64,000 bases of DNA, from positions 8,800,970-8,864,969 of the forward strand of contig MU056000.1 in NCBI GenBank assembly GCA_013239625.1, given 5' to 3'. Below the pieces are notes generated by a model. That model was not told the DNA's origin. It did no database searches and saw only the letters and a program-made list of their open reading frames with translations. Shown piece after piece: positions 1 through 12,565 of the stretch. Position 1 is the first letter of the stretch. Each line of letters begins with the position of its first letter. Position numbers and translations under genes: made by a program. Origin of the DNA: Lama guanicoe. Its lineage: Eukaryota.

Positions 1-927
1 TGAGACCATCTATCTATTTTCTAGATAGAGGTAGTTTAGCAAGTTGAGGACTGTCTGCAAACAGCATTCATGGAATTAAAAACTGGGAGAAACGGGAAGT
101 CTAATGAAAATCATTCTTTTTTGCTGCTTTCGTGGATTCACTCTGTCATTTTCGGTAATTGTCTCAGTTACCAACCTCCCCTCTCCTCGCTAAGCTCTTC
201 AACTACATGGCACTTGTTTTCTGCACCCAGTATTTACACAACAGCAAGGGAACAAACTTCATGTTTTTGGAGCTTATATTTTCCAGAGACATTTTGAAGT
301 CAAGTTGCTTATATTCTCCTCTTTCACAATGAGTCTCATGTACTTTCTAGTGTGAGTCTGCACGTCCTTTGAGTCTGCACAGCTGACAAGACCCCTAGAC
401 CCTTGGTTTTTCCTAGTGTTTGCCTGTATCCAAACCCAGTGTGGTCATCATGTCGCCTATTATGAATACCTCCCCGCCATTTTTTTTTGGCTTGAAAATA
501 ATTCATAAAAATCGCTTTGACTTGCTGAACTCTATACAAAGCTACTGAGAACGCTTTTCCAATTTTAACATTTGATTGTTTCCTTGAAGAAACTGACATA
601 TCAGTCTGGAAACCATGTTTTGTGGAATTTCGTAAGAGGCCAAAGGTATTTTTCATTTTCAAAAAAAAACCAAATTAGCATATAATGGGCCTAACTATTC
701 TTCTTGGGTGACTATTTTATAATAAGATAGATTTTGGTCTTTAATAACTGTACATTGAGGGATCTATATACAATATGCAGGGTTAGGGTGGGGAGGGGAA
801 GGAGACAGGTGAGAAGAGGAAAGACGGTCTCTTTGTCAGTCTTCTCTTCCTGGCAGCCTCATCTAAATGGGATCTTTTAGACTAACATGTCCAGTTTTTG
901 GATACTCCATATAATTGTGATATTACA

Positions 928-1010
928 TGTTACTTTGAATCATAATAAATCACTATTTACGTAAGTTAAGAATGGTCACAAATGACAATTTCACATGGTT
1001 CAGCATAATA
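928..1010. mobile_element. MADE2-like mariner MITE (degenerate)
   Basis: About 80 bp ending GACAATTTCACATGGTTCAGCATAATA, resembling the MADE2 terminal repeat (GGCAATTTCATATGGTTCAACCTAATA) as recalled; left end degenerate. Confidence 0.6.
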
Positions 1011-1254
1011 CATAGGAATAACAGTTAAATTCCACAAAAAATTACCATGAAGAAATAATATATACTAATGTTTTAATTATGATGATAGAGAACCAAAAAT
1101 TGATACTATTTGATGCTCATGTTGATATATTATTATCAGGTTTTATATTCATAATATAAAATGGCATATATATAAATAATTTATTAGTAATTAGGTTAAT
1201 ACCTTTAAAGTATAAAAAATACTTACATATATGGCCAAACAATTACTGCCAGGG

Positions 1255-1400
1255 TTGAGTATTTGTAACTTTGGAAAAGTCACTTGACCCTCCATGGCTT
1301 ATTTTTCTTTTGAGTAAAATAAGGATGATGAAACCCTACTTTCCTCAGGGGGCTGTTGAAAGAGGATGATGGGGTCACAAAAGGAAATAAATCTAAAAAA
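1255..1400 (+). mobile_element. MIR SINE fragment
   Basis: TGTAACTTTGGAAAAGTCACTTGACCCTCC...GTAAAATAAGGATGAT matches the MIR core. Confidence 0.75.
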
Positions 1401-2129
1401 TATTACATAATTTACTGGATTATTATAAGCATATTCTCATTTACATTTTATTTAAAGATGTTAGATACATTTACCTTTTTTACCCCTTCCTTTGCTACCT
1501 AGAAAATTGCTGGATGCTGGTGGAGAGGGCACACAGTCCCCTTAACTTCCCTCTGTTTCCACGTACAGCCTAGCCGATCCTGGTGGGGGGAGAAGACATT
1601 TCTCTAAGAAATGAGTAAGCCCCTTCCAAATAGCAATTTCCAGCCTGACTTTCTCTGAAAATTGCCAACAAGAGAAATATATTTGAATAATGAGCCCATC
1701 GTCTGGGGAGGAGGGAGCAGATTTCAAAGCAAAGAGCGGCAGGCAAGGTGAGGATAGGGATCACCAACCTGTGTGCCAATCTGAAGCACCAACTCCACCA
1801 GTTTTGTGGAAACTGAAGCAAGGAAAAGGTTTATCACTCCAACAGCAGACCTTAAGCAGATACCAGACTTGTCCAAACCTGTGCTGGATTCACAGAGCTA
1901 AATGCCTCCACCGACCTGGTACAACTGCACAGGAGAGTTGGTCTAGATTGAAAAATCAGAGTGTGGAGAAGTCACTCGTCTAATGAGGTCATCGGATAAG
2001 AGCAATGAGGTGCATGAGGTGAAATACACTCAAAATGAGAGGCAGATGGCAGTGTGGAGGGTTGAAGGAGGTACTGCTGCAGAGATGACAGACTTGAGAA
2101 AGTTTCCCTTGAGCCTTCTTAATTATAAT

Positions 2130-2360
2130 TAATAGTCACCAAGATTTACTGATCACCACGTATGTGCCAGATTTTGCTATAAGCAGCTTCAATGTTTTAC
2201 CCTCACAACCACTCTATGATCATCATGATTTTGATGCTATTAAAATTCTCCATTTATAGATGAATAATCTGAGTTTCGTTGCAATAGGTAAATTGCTTAA
2301 GACATAGCCAGGAAGCACCAGAATGTGGTTCCAGTCCTGGGCTCTCTGACTCCGGAACAT
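2130..2360 (-). mobile_element. MIR SINE
   Basis: ATTTACTGATCACCACGTATGTGCCAG...CCTCACAACCACTCTATG...CCATTTATAGATGAATAATCTGAG...CTGACTCC is the reverse MIR pattern. Confidence 0.8.
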
Positions 2361-3999
2361 TGTCCCCTTGACCCATATGGCAGGTGGCTTCTCCTGCTTG
2401 CTACCCCCGCATCACTTCTCTCCATATCTTGTAATTTTAGCATACAGTCTTACACTTTTCTTCCTTTAGTGTTTTCTATCCTTCCTGTAAACCCCAATGA
2501 CCCATGAATTTTGGATGCAGTTATCACCAAGGCAAGAAAGGGATGCTGGAATAACTCCCCCGGGACCGCTACATCAGCGCCTTTGCCAAGACTTGTGTCA
2601 GTAGTAGCGTTCACCCAGGGCACTGTGTTCTCTCCGATTCACGTGGCACCCAGCAGCAAGGTGATTTTAAGCTCACAGCTGGGCAAAATTATGGGAGAAG
2701 ATACAACAGACAAAAAAGGATTGTGGGGTAAGCGGACATCTTGGAAATGTTCCTGAAATGAGCTGCCCCCCTACTCTGTTTTCCATACCCATAAAAGACA
2801 TGTAACTTTACACGGCTTGAATGTTTCCTAAGGAAAAAACATTTCAAGAAATACAAAATGGCAAACTACCCAAAATAAAATCAGATACATATTATGGATT
2901 TTTACTTCCTCATTTTGGATTACCTAATTAGTTTACCCACTGAACTGACATAAACTATAGATCGAGTGATTAGAAACAATTTCTTTTTCAATCTTTAATA
3001 ATGATCAGCACCCCCTTAAATTATAGCAGAATAATTGTGCTTACTATTAAATTTCACATCTTGTAACTCATACTCCTTTCGTCCAGCAGCTTAGCAAGAG
3101 CTTGTCATGGCTTCCTTCTGCACGTGAAGCTTACTCAGGATAGCCAAAGCTACCGCCTTACACTTGGCAATTCACGAAAGGGCATTTCGAGATTGAGATC
3201 CTGTGTGTGAAAGTGTTTCGACTTGTTCTGGAAGAAGGATGAATTTCTTGGCTGCGATCTCTGTTCTCAGGAACTAGCACTTTTCTTGGCTGTTAAAAGT
3301 ATCTAACTGATTTGTGTCACTAAGTGCGAGTCATCCGAAACCCTAACAAAGATCACAGTATGTGGTATGCTTGATTGGAGATATTATTTCTCACCCCCTG
3401 GGGACAATTCCATAACAGATACCTTGCTCCTATGACATTTTGGGCAGCCCCCTGATACCACTGAGGCCACAGAATTTCATTTTACTTTCAGTATAGTTTT
3501 TAGCTGGAAGGGTTTTGATTTTTAATCTACAGGACCCTCAGGAGTGTCACCTGAGATAGCATTTTAGATTTTTTTTTCTCCATTGACTTTCTCAGGTCCT
3601 TTGTAACTTGGATTGTATGTTCCTATTTATTGTATTTTTAGGTACTAGAAATATAATTTTATAGGTGCAACTTCCTGCATCAGTTCAAGTCTATAGTTAC
3701 AACTCTATTAACCTATCCTTTCTAGTTTGGTGGCCTAATTGGTAGTGGAGAGATTGGCTAGATTCTTACCTAGTTAAATTAGTTAAACTTCCCCTCAGTT
3801 TCTCTCCAGTGCTAATTGCAGCTGTGTTGTTAAACTTCCTTAGGGTGCTCCTCTAAGACTGTTATAAAGTTAACATAATTATTAAGCCAACTTGCATGTT
3901 GTATATTGATGTAGGTAAGATCCAGAGTCTTGTCTTTTCAATAGAATAGAAATGTCAATTTTGACTCTGTATCCTGGGATTAGATCCAAATTTAGCATT

Positions 4000-4110
4000 T
4001 AAAAAAATATTCAGTGAGCAAATTCTATGCCTCCGTCACCCGTCTGGGAAAATCAGGATTCAATAATAAACACAAGAGATGAAATCCCTAGCCTTCACAG
4101 AGTTTAGTGA
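4000..4110 (-). mobile_element. L2 LINE 3' end fragment
   Basis: TATTCAGTGAGCAAATTCTATGCC...AAATCCCTAGCCTTCACAGAGTTTAG resembles a reverse L2 tail. Confidence 0.6.
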
Positions 4111-5039
4111 CAAAGGAATTGCCTTTTCTAGAGGTAAATGGACTGTGTTAGATGTTTGTAATATGACTTCTCTGACCATAGACAAATACTGAACAGTAGT
4201 TTAACTAAAATTCTGGAGGCAAAGTTAAAATAATCTAGTCAGACTCTTGAAGATTACAGAAAATATCAAGGAAAGCGTTACTTATCTAAGGTTATCACAA
4301 TGTGACAGATTTATGGCCATTCATATTTGAGAATAAGTTTATTTTTTGCTAAAAATTAGTTTAAATTTTAGGTGGGATGTACATGCATTTTTAAAAGTTG
4401 CAATAAAATAGAGGAATAGAGGAGTTGTATGATAATACTTTGAAATAATATTCAATCACTTTGCATTCTCAATAATTAACTGTAGCCCACAAAACCTCTA
4501 CAGTCATAATTAGATTAGAATTGCAGGTTTCTCTAGGAAAATGCTGGCTGCCTAAAACCTGTACCAACACATACATGACTCTAGGTTTTCCTATTTGCAA
4601 TAGTGCCTGTTGAATGTTATTTAGTAAAGAAAGCTGAGTTATGCTAACTGGTTCATGAGGATTCAAGAACACGGTGTCTAGGTATAAGAACTGCTAACTG
4701 TGAGCCTTAATGAACCCATTGGTTGCTGCATTATGAGGCTGAACCAACTTTTGTGATCAAGAGTTCTCCCTCTGGTGGTTAAGGGGGAGGTGAGGTCTAG
4801 ATTTTCCACCTAATATTTTTCATGAGCTTCTGATGAAACTACTGTTTGAGTCTGCGCTCTTTTTTCTGCTCTGCCTCTTTTTCAGTTAAATAAAATGATA
4901 TCTGAAACATACTGTATCACATAAACTTTTTCAATAATTTCAAACCAAGGACCAATGGATACTGTCAGTGGTCCTGTGGCTTGAAAATAACGCTTCCTTC
5001 CACCTTCACCTTATCTATATACAGCCAGTTTATTGGGTA

Positions 5040-5570
5040 TATATTGCAAAGCAAAATGGAAAATAGCAAATGACATCTACAAGAAGAAAACAGGATATGA
5101 GAATTAAAACATATCTCACCCATATATATATATATATATATCATATATCACTGATCATAAAACGTCTCCACCAATACCAACCACAAAGATGAAAAAAAAC
5201 TTTAACATACCCTCTGAACCAGAACTAAATATCCTTAATTAAGAAATTACAGACATGATGCAACTTCTTATTCAGAAATGTTTAGAAAACTCAGAAAATA
5301 AATTAGCAGAATGAAAACAAACAAAAAATTAGGAAGACATTAAATGAGAATTAAAGAAAATAATTAAAGAAAAATTTTTAATAATTGGAGACAAATTTAA
5401 AGAAATAGAAAAAATATTATTTTGGACTAAAGTACAGTCAAAGGGAAATTAGATATGACCAAAAGCATAACAAAGACATTGGAACAAATAATGAAGAAAA
5501 TAAAAATTTTTAATGATTTAAAATAGATCAAAAAAGAAATGATCTATCTAGAAGATATAACAATAGGATA
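5040..5570 (+). mobile_element. Decayed L1/HAL1 ORF1-region fragment
   Basis: Very A-rich, strand-biased sequence like the L1 ORF1 coiled-coil region; no intact ORF. Confidence 0.5.
5122..5141. repeat. (AT)10 microsatellite
   Basis: Read directly from the sequence. Confidence 0.95.
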
Positions 5571-5675
5571 CACTTTTCCCTTCTATCTGGGAAAAAAAAA
5601 AAGGTTCTGGGTTGTTCATGTTTTGCTCCAAAGTGTGAGGTATACTGCGCAGGGGGTGCTTGAAATGATGTTCAT

Positions 5676-6225
5676 TGCAGCAGACACTTATGGTAGTTAG
5701 ATAAGAGTGGGGTGCTGGCTTGGAGTTTGTAAGTCTGTGACCTGTAACTTCCTTCTAACCAAAAGAATACAGCAAAGGGAACAAGATATACATGATTACA
5801 TGGGTACCATTTCAGTATATAAGAGTAATGCCCGTCTTGCTGAGGGATTCTCTGGCTTGCTGGCTTTGATGATACAAGTGGACATGCTGGGGAGCCTACA
5901 CTGCAGACAGCAGAGGTTGATCTCCAGAGGCTGAAAGTAGCTGTCAGCCAACAGTTTGCTAGAAAATGAGGTCCTCTGCTGTAAGGTGCAAGACACTGAA
6001 TTCTGCCAACAACTTGAGCGATCACTGAAGAGAATTCTTCTCCAGCTGAGCACTGAGATGCAATGCTAGGTCCAGCTGACACATTAACTGTAGTTTCATA
6101 TGTACTCGTTGAAGGCATGCCTGGACTTCAGTCCCATAGAAACTGTGAGAAAATAAATTTACATGGTTTTAAGCCCATAAGTTTACATTTGGTATTTTGG
6201 TATGCAGCAACAGATAAATATCACA
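5676..6225 (+). mobile_element. MaLR solo LTR (MLT1E/F-like)
   Basis: TG...CA ends; internal GAATTCTGCCAACAAC; 3' end GAAACTGTGAGAAAATAAA...GTTTTAAGCC...TATGCAGCAACAGATAA is typical of MLT1. Confidence 0.85.
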
Positions 6226-6244
6226 GCATCTGTGCACTATGAAT

Positions 6245-7285
6245 AAACAATTTGATCCAGTAATTCGTATTTAAGGAATTTATATTTCAGTTTTACTATA
6301 GATACGTCCAAAGATATATGTAGAAAAATAATCCACTGTAGCAAGTTTTTGTAATAGCAGCAGAATGAAAAACACTCTTTGTGCCCATCAGTAGATGTCT
6401 AATCAAACAGTGACAGATCATGGTATAACTATTAAGGAACGTTTTAGACAGTGGAGACAGTATGTATATGAAAAAAAAAACTCTCTAAGATGATTCTTCA
6501 GTGGAGAAACAGGGTGCAGACTATTGTGTGTAAGTATGCTAGCATCTGTAAATTAGCAAAAAGAATACACAGAACTACACTTGTGTTACTGAGTCCAAAC
6601 TCATTCTGCTCGCTGCATGACAGGCCAGTTAATCGGGAGACTAGGTGTCGGGGCAAGGAATAATGACTTTATTCGGAAAGCCAGTAGAATGAAAAGATGG
6701 GAGACTAATGTCTCAAAGAACAAACTTACCCAAGTCAAAATTCAGGCTCTTTTTATACTAAAAGGGGAGGGAGTGTGGTTAGTTGTTGCAAACTTCTTGG
6801 TGTTGAAATCCCTTGTTCTTTCAGCTGTCCATGGAGGTCAGGTCATGATGTTTCTGCAAACCTCCAACATGACAAATGTTATTCTCTGTTCTGCAACTTG
6901 TTATCTCTAAATGAATGGAAAATTTTTATACTCTTAAAGGTCAGAGCCTTGAGAATGGGCTGTCCTGTATATTTCAGGCTATAGACAACATTCTTTAACA
7001 AAAGGTGTGGAACCAGGATGACTAAGCACAGGAAACAGAGCAAGGGGTTAGAACTAAAGGAACAGATCTAATGAGGAGTCGGATTTGTTCTTCCCCATTA
7101 TAATTGTATATGTGTAGATTGTCTCTGGAAAAATATATGGAGTTGGTAAAATTGGTTGCCTTCTGAAATGGCATGAGTACTGAAGGAGAGGGTTGAGAAA
7201 TGATTTTAGTACCTATTTGATTTTATATCTTCTGGATTTTTAATTATGTGTATGTATTTCATGCTCAAATAAATTACTGTTTTTA
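6245..7285 (+). mobile_element. Old L1 (L1ME/MC-like) 3' end, split by an ERV1 LTR
   Basis: GATCCAGTAATTC...AGGAATTTAT...TTTGTAATAGCA...TGCCCATCAGTAG before 6584; L1 3' UTR-like sequence resumes after 7102. Confidence 0.7.
6584..7102 (-). mobile_element. ERV1-class solo LTR, lineage-restricted
   Basis: About 519 bp beginning TGTTACT; minus-strand AATAAA (TTTATT near 6668); near-matching 4-bp flanks CTTG/ATTG; interrupts an L1. Confidence 0.8.
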
Positions 7286-7469
7286 AGTACTATAAACTAG
7301 AAGCAGGTTTTTAGAAATAATGAAGTTATCTTACTAAACTTCTTCAAGAAACTATAGTGAAATATTTCCCAGAATGTATGATTACAAGGTTAGCAAATTC
7401 TCTGATGCTTAAGGCATATTTGAAAGAGTTTTGATGTTGTTTTCTTCACTTCTTATGTTCTTTCTGCAT

Positions 7470-8390
7470 TATTCATTTATTCAAAGAATAAATATTTGAG
7501 TGCTTGCAAGACATTTTGCTACTTACTACAGTTTTAGGTTCTAAGAGGAATTTATATATGAATAAGATGAAGTCCCTCATCTCAGTACTTTATAATCCAG
7601 CAAAAGAAATCAAAGAAGCAAAAATCTAACTACCAAGGCAATATGTGGTGAGAAACATAAATGAAGCCCACAGGAAGGTTTGTGGGCTCTTACGGAAAGT
7701 TGTGTCCCTTCTGGTATGTTTAGGATAAATGAGGGTGCATTTAATCTGATACTGAAATGTAGATAAAATACCAACACTTTATATGCATTTAGGAAAGCAT
7801 TTCAAACATAACAGAACAGGTGAATCAAACCATGGATATGGGGAAAACTGTTGGATGTCCCCAGAGAGAAGGCATGTATGCTTTCTGCTGGAGGAAGATT
7901 CTGGAAGGCACGAATTGAGAGAGCAGTCTAAAGACAAATAAGAGAGTTTTCAGAATTACTTGCTTCTTAAAAACTTTGCTTAGTAAGAAATTATGATCAG
8001 GATAAGATTTCTAAGCAGAATAATAGAACAGTGAGAGCTGTGAATCAGGACTATGACTCTGACAGTGACATAGAGATGGCTAAACAGTGAGACCAATTTT
8101 GGTTGCCTTGAACTTGGGGCTTTGTTGTTATGTAGGAGTTTAAGTTGCAGCAGTCCTTTGGAACCGTAAAGGGGGAACTCAGCAGAAAGTGAGGTGACCA
8201 CAGCTGAAGATTTCAGAATAGATATGACCACTGGAAATGAAGGGAAAAAAGGAGGGGAGCCAAGAGATTATACTTGTGAGACTCATTTGAGGAATAAAAT
8301 GGGTCATAAAGTCATACTTCTGTGGGGAAACATATGAGGAAGGATCTGAGATTTTACAGCATTAAGAGGAGATGGAAAGTTTACAAAGAA
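7470..8390 (-). mobile_element. L2 LINE fragment
   Basis: TTCATTTATTCA...ATATTTGAGTGCT...GAATAAGATGAAGTCCCT reverse tail followed by purine-rich L2 body. Confidence 0.7.
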
Positions 8391-9169
8391 ACATTCACAC
8401 GTCATAATGAATTAACATTTATGGTCTGTAGTTAAATTTTATTTAAAATTAAATACATATATGGAAACACACAAATGAAATAATTCCACTTAATTTTAAC
8501 AAGAGTTATAATGAACTATTAGGTTAATTACTATCATTTTCTTTGATTTAAAAAAATATCAATTTCCTATGGAACATTGGAAAATATCTCACATATGCCT
8601 CAACTTAAGTCTTAGTTGAAAATTATTATTTTGACAGAAGGCTTACAAGTTATGAACAGATTTCTCTTAAAGGTGGGTCTACGTAGAAAAAAAAATTTTT
8701 TAACATCAAAATGTAAGACTACATGGTGGTCTCACTGAAACATTCTCACACAGCTAATTCCTTGAATTCTTAGAAATAAAATATCATGTAAATTACCCAA
8801 ATATTTTATTAGTTATGTGATGGGAAAAATGAAGTGAAGGAATATCAGTGGTTAGCAAATCTAGAGCTTTTTCCAATGAAGGACAAAAAGGGAAGATAGA
8901 AAAAATATCCCTCAGTCATCTGGGTTAACATCAAAATAGATTAAAGTCGAACTTTCAGTGAGTTTGGTGCCTTCATTTACATGTCGAACTCTCACAGTGT
9001 GAGGTGGCTTCTGTTTTAACAAAAGGTAAGCTGTTCTTTGATGCGTCCTATCACAGTGCCAACGCTTTCCTTTCGAGGCAAAAGGCCACAGTACTCGGAT
9101 TCCTTTCAGAGGGTATTTCTGGTCCAGTCAGCTCTGCACGCGGTATAAATCCTGCTTGTGTAAAAGAAA

Positions 9170-10985
9170 CTCTAGTAAGTATCTACTTAGCAAAGGAGAC
9201 CATGGACAGCACCTGTCAGTACCAAGCACTCTGATGTCTGTCAGACATACGGTGTTGGGAAGGAAGACCTAGATCCTGCCTCATAGAATTTTTGGTGTAC
9301 TTGGACAGACACACTTTTTTCAAATAACCTGTAACAAATTAAGGGCTGTGAGAATTAAAAAGTGACCTGACTCAGTCAAGACTACCAGGGAGAAATTGAG
9401 GAATGCCCAAGTAAGACAAATCCTGACCTCAACAATAGCATACACTGTTGGAAACACTTCTAATGTAAGAATTGTTTATAGGAATGTTGGCGCCATTCAG
9501 GGAGATGAAAACTATATGAGAGGAAATTGATGGGGGAGTACTGTATGGAAAATTACCTCCATCCTCTCCCAAGTATACTATTAAGCAAGCTGTTCTAGAG
9601 ATCGTGAAACAGAAATGTTCACAGACCAAACTAAGATGCTAACATTACATGTTATTTAATTCCCAGGAAGAGAATGTACAGAGATAAATTAGCCTATGAC
9701 AAATTCCTGACAAATGACAAGTTTTATTGTTAAATGAAAAAAAAATGGCTATAGATTCAGAAGGAAAACAAGGCAGCTGGTTCTCTAAACGTTGAACAGA
9801 AGAAGCAGAGAAGGTGGCCATCTTCAATACAAAGAAAGTGGGCACTGTTGGCAGAAGAGTCAACAATGAGGCTTGAACAGTGTTCACTGGTTTCATTGTC
9901 ATGACATTCATGTTAATGCTGCGTTAGAGCTACTTTAGCAAAGTGACAAGGGAAAGGAGGCATAATTAATGCATTCGATAAACAAATGGATGGTGACAAA
10001 GTGGAGACAGCAACTACAACAGACAATATTGAAAAGAAGTTGAAAATAGGAGAAGTACCTAGAGGAGTGTGTGGGATTCTTGAATTTTTGTTTGTTTGTT
10101 TGTTTGTTTAGCACAGGACATAAAAGACTAGGACAGATTTAAATAATACAACTTAAATAAATGAAGGTAGGATATGGGAATACTGGGTTTCCTGGGGAGT
10201 CAGAATATAGAAAACCAGCAAAGAGAGGGCAGAGTTGGCTTTTTGAATATATAGACAGCATTTATACCATTGTCAAAAGGGGTGAGGAATGGAGTGTGGA
10301 AGAAATAATGGGAACTGATATACTTCAGTATTTTTTCACGTGTGGTGATAGAAGGTTGAGGAAATTACAGTCTGGTGATTTATGATTTTTGAAAGTAGAA
10401 TACTAATAATTTTACGTACTTGCCTGTAAATGTGCTTACTGGTGGTGATGGTCCCCGCTGGGACAGTGGTTATGGATTTAGGTATTATCCCTCATTCCGT
10501 GATGGTGTGGGTTTTTCCCTGATTGTACAAAACTGATTAGGTGCAAGCATAGACTAGATTATTAGCTATTCTAGAATGGGAATAGAGTCAGGAAACATGA
10601 ATGATGACAGATGAATGATATTTACATTATCCTCGATGGAGTGATTGAAATGACAGCTTTGGGCCTAAATTAGATAGAGAATGAAAACAGATTAGGGCTG
10701 ATAAGTTTGGGAAAACTGAATTGCTTAATTGGCTGGTGGTCTTAAAAATTTCAAATTCTAAATAGCTTCAGATGATGACAAATTGCAGAAAGTAACTATA
10801 AAACAGGCACTGAAGTAGGTGAAGTGGAACACCATTAGAGATGAGGATGCTATGAAACTGAGAAGTCAGGCTGTTGACGGGTCATCCAGTTGGACATCGA
10901 ATTCATGCAGGATGCAGGATATGGCAAGTTTTGTGGTGGAGACTGATTTTTGAAAGTGAAAATAACCTTGAATTCTTCGAAATGA
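9170..10985 (-). mobile_element. L2 LINE fragments (discontinuous)
   Basis: Tail-like segment at 9170-9420 and body motifs such as AAAGTGGAGACAGCAACTAC and GAAGTCAGGCTGTTGACGGGTCATCCA. Confidence 0.65.
10087..10109. repeat. (TTTG)n microsatellite
   Basis: Read directly from the sequence. Confidence 0.9.
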
Positions 10986-11009
10986 CTTATTACGTCATGA
11001 TGTACTATC

Positions 11010-12565
11010 CTTTTAAAATGTCACTCCTTTTGATATACTGACATTGTGCTAAGTATTTTTCCATTTATTTCATAAAGGAAGTCGGTCTGTAATTGGTCTA
11101 TAATTTATTTGTTTTTATTTTTTGGAATGCCCAATATTAGATCCATGTAGGCTGTGCAAAATCAGTTGGGGAGTTTTCCTCCTCTTTCTAGTGATTTTGT
11201 GCAGATTGGCTTTATTTCTATTGCTGACTAAGAAATGTCACTCTCCACCCGGTTCTACGGGGACTGAGTCATTTGCCACTGCAGTCACCGTCCTTTAACA
11301 CAGCTTGAAAGGAGTTCAGGGAAGAGATCAGGGTGAGGCCCTCTGCTCTGGGAAACACTCTGCTCTGGAAAAAAGCAGTCCTCTAGATAGGTAGGTGTTT
11401 TCAGGAGAAAATTTTATGAGCCCGATTTCTTACATCTTCTCATCCTTATAAAAGCACTAAAATCACTAACTGAGATATCTGTTTCTCATGACTACCAGCA
11501 ACTTTCTACCAAGATGTGCGCTTGATTGCACATACCCCCTTCACCAAAATACTGACCTCCCCCCTCCCTCTTCTGAGCAGCCTCTGAGAGCTGTCGCAGA
11601 GACTGTCTCCCAGGATATAGTCTTCAGTAAGCCCCCGATAAATCTGAAACTCACAGTTCTCATGCTATGTGTTTTTATTTTAGTCTACACTTACTTAAAC
11701 GGTAGATGGAGCTCACAACTGGAATTATATGTGCCTGAAGTTTTATTTGTAGGAAGACTTTTTAAGAAACAAATTCAATTAAAAAAGAACGTAAGACTAT
11801 TCTGACTTTCTGCTCCATCTTCTGCCTGCTTCGGTAAGCTGTGTTTTTAAACATGTGCGTCCATTTCATCCAGGTTGCTCAATTTGTCGTAAACAAGTTG
11901 TTTATTATTATCCTTTCCATGTCTATTAGATCTGTAGTAATAATCCCCTCGTTCATTTGTAATATTTTTAATTTATTCTCTCTGTCTTTTTCTCTTTATT
12001 AGTTTAGCTAGGGTTTTTTTTTTTTAAATAGATTTTTTTGTCTTTTCAAAGAATCTCTTTTGCCTTTAAAATTTTCTCTATTTTTTAACTTTATTGATGG
12101 CTGCTCTTATCATTTTTATTTCTTTTCTTCTACTTAATTTGGGCTTGTGTTGCTTTCTTTTTTTCAGTTTCTGAAAATGGAAAGTTAGGTGACTTAATTT
12201 AGACCTTCAAGTCTAATGTAAGTATTTAAAGTGATCAATTTCCTAATAGTCGTGGCTTTAACTGAACTCAACAATTTTCTATATGTTATATTTGAATTTT
12301 CATTCAGTTTGTAACATTTTCTAATCCTTCTTGTTATATGTCCCCAGAATAATGCATTATTTAGAAGTATGTTTTTGAATTTCCAAATATTTGAGGTTTT
12401 CCTAAATATCATCAATGTTTTTTTCAAAAAGCATACTATTTCAGTCTTCTTCTTATTTTTTTAATTCTTATTTTACAGGATATTGTGTGGGCTATCTTTG
12501 TGAACATGACATGTAAATATGAAAAGAAAGTGGATTCTACTGTGGGAGGTACAGTATTCCATGCA
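11010..12565 (-). mobile_element. Old L1 ORF2-region fragment, split by an LTR
   Basis: T-rich reverse L1 motifs (TCATAAAGGAAGTCGGTCTGTAATT, TTTGTCTTTTCAAAGAA, TTTAGAAGTATGTTTTTGAATTTCCAAATATTTG). Confidence 0.8.
11222..11689 (+). mobile_element. ERV1-class solo LTR
   Basis: 468 bp with imperfect terminal inverted repeats TGCTGACTAA...TTAGTCTACA, a TATAAAA near 11447 and a T/G-rich U5-like end; inserted in L1. Confidence 0.8.

Noticed and set aside
336..662. 108-aa minus-strand ORF
   Set aside because: No recognisable homology; length expected by chance in 64 kb.
5643..5661. CTCF-like GCGCAGGGGGTGCT
   Set aside because: Several mismatches at key core positions.
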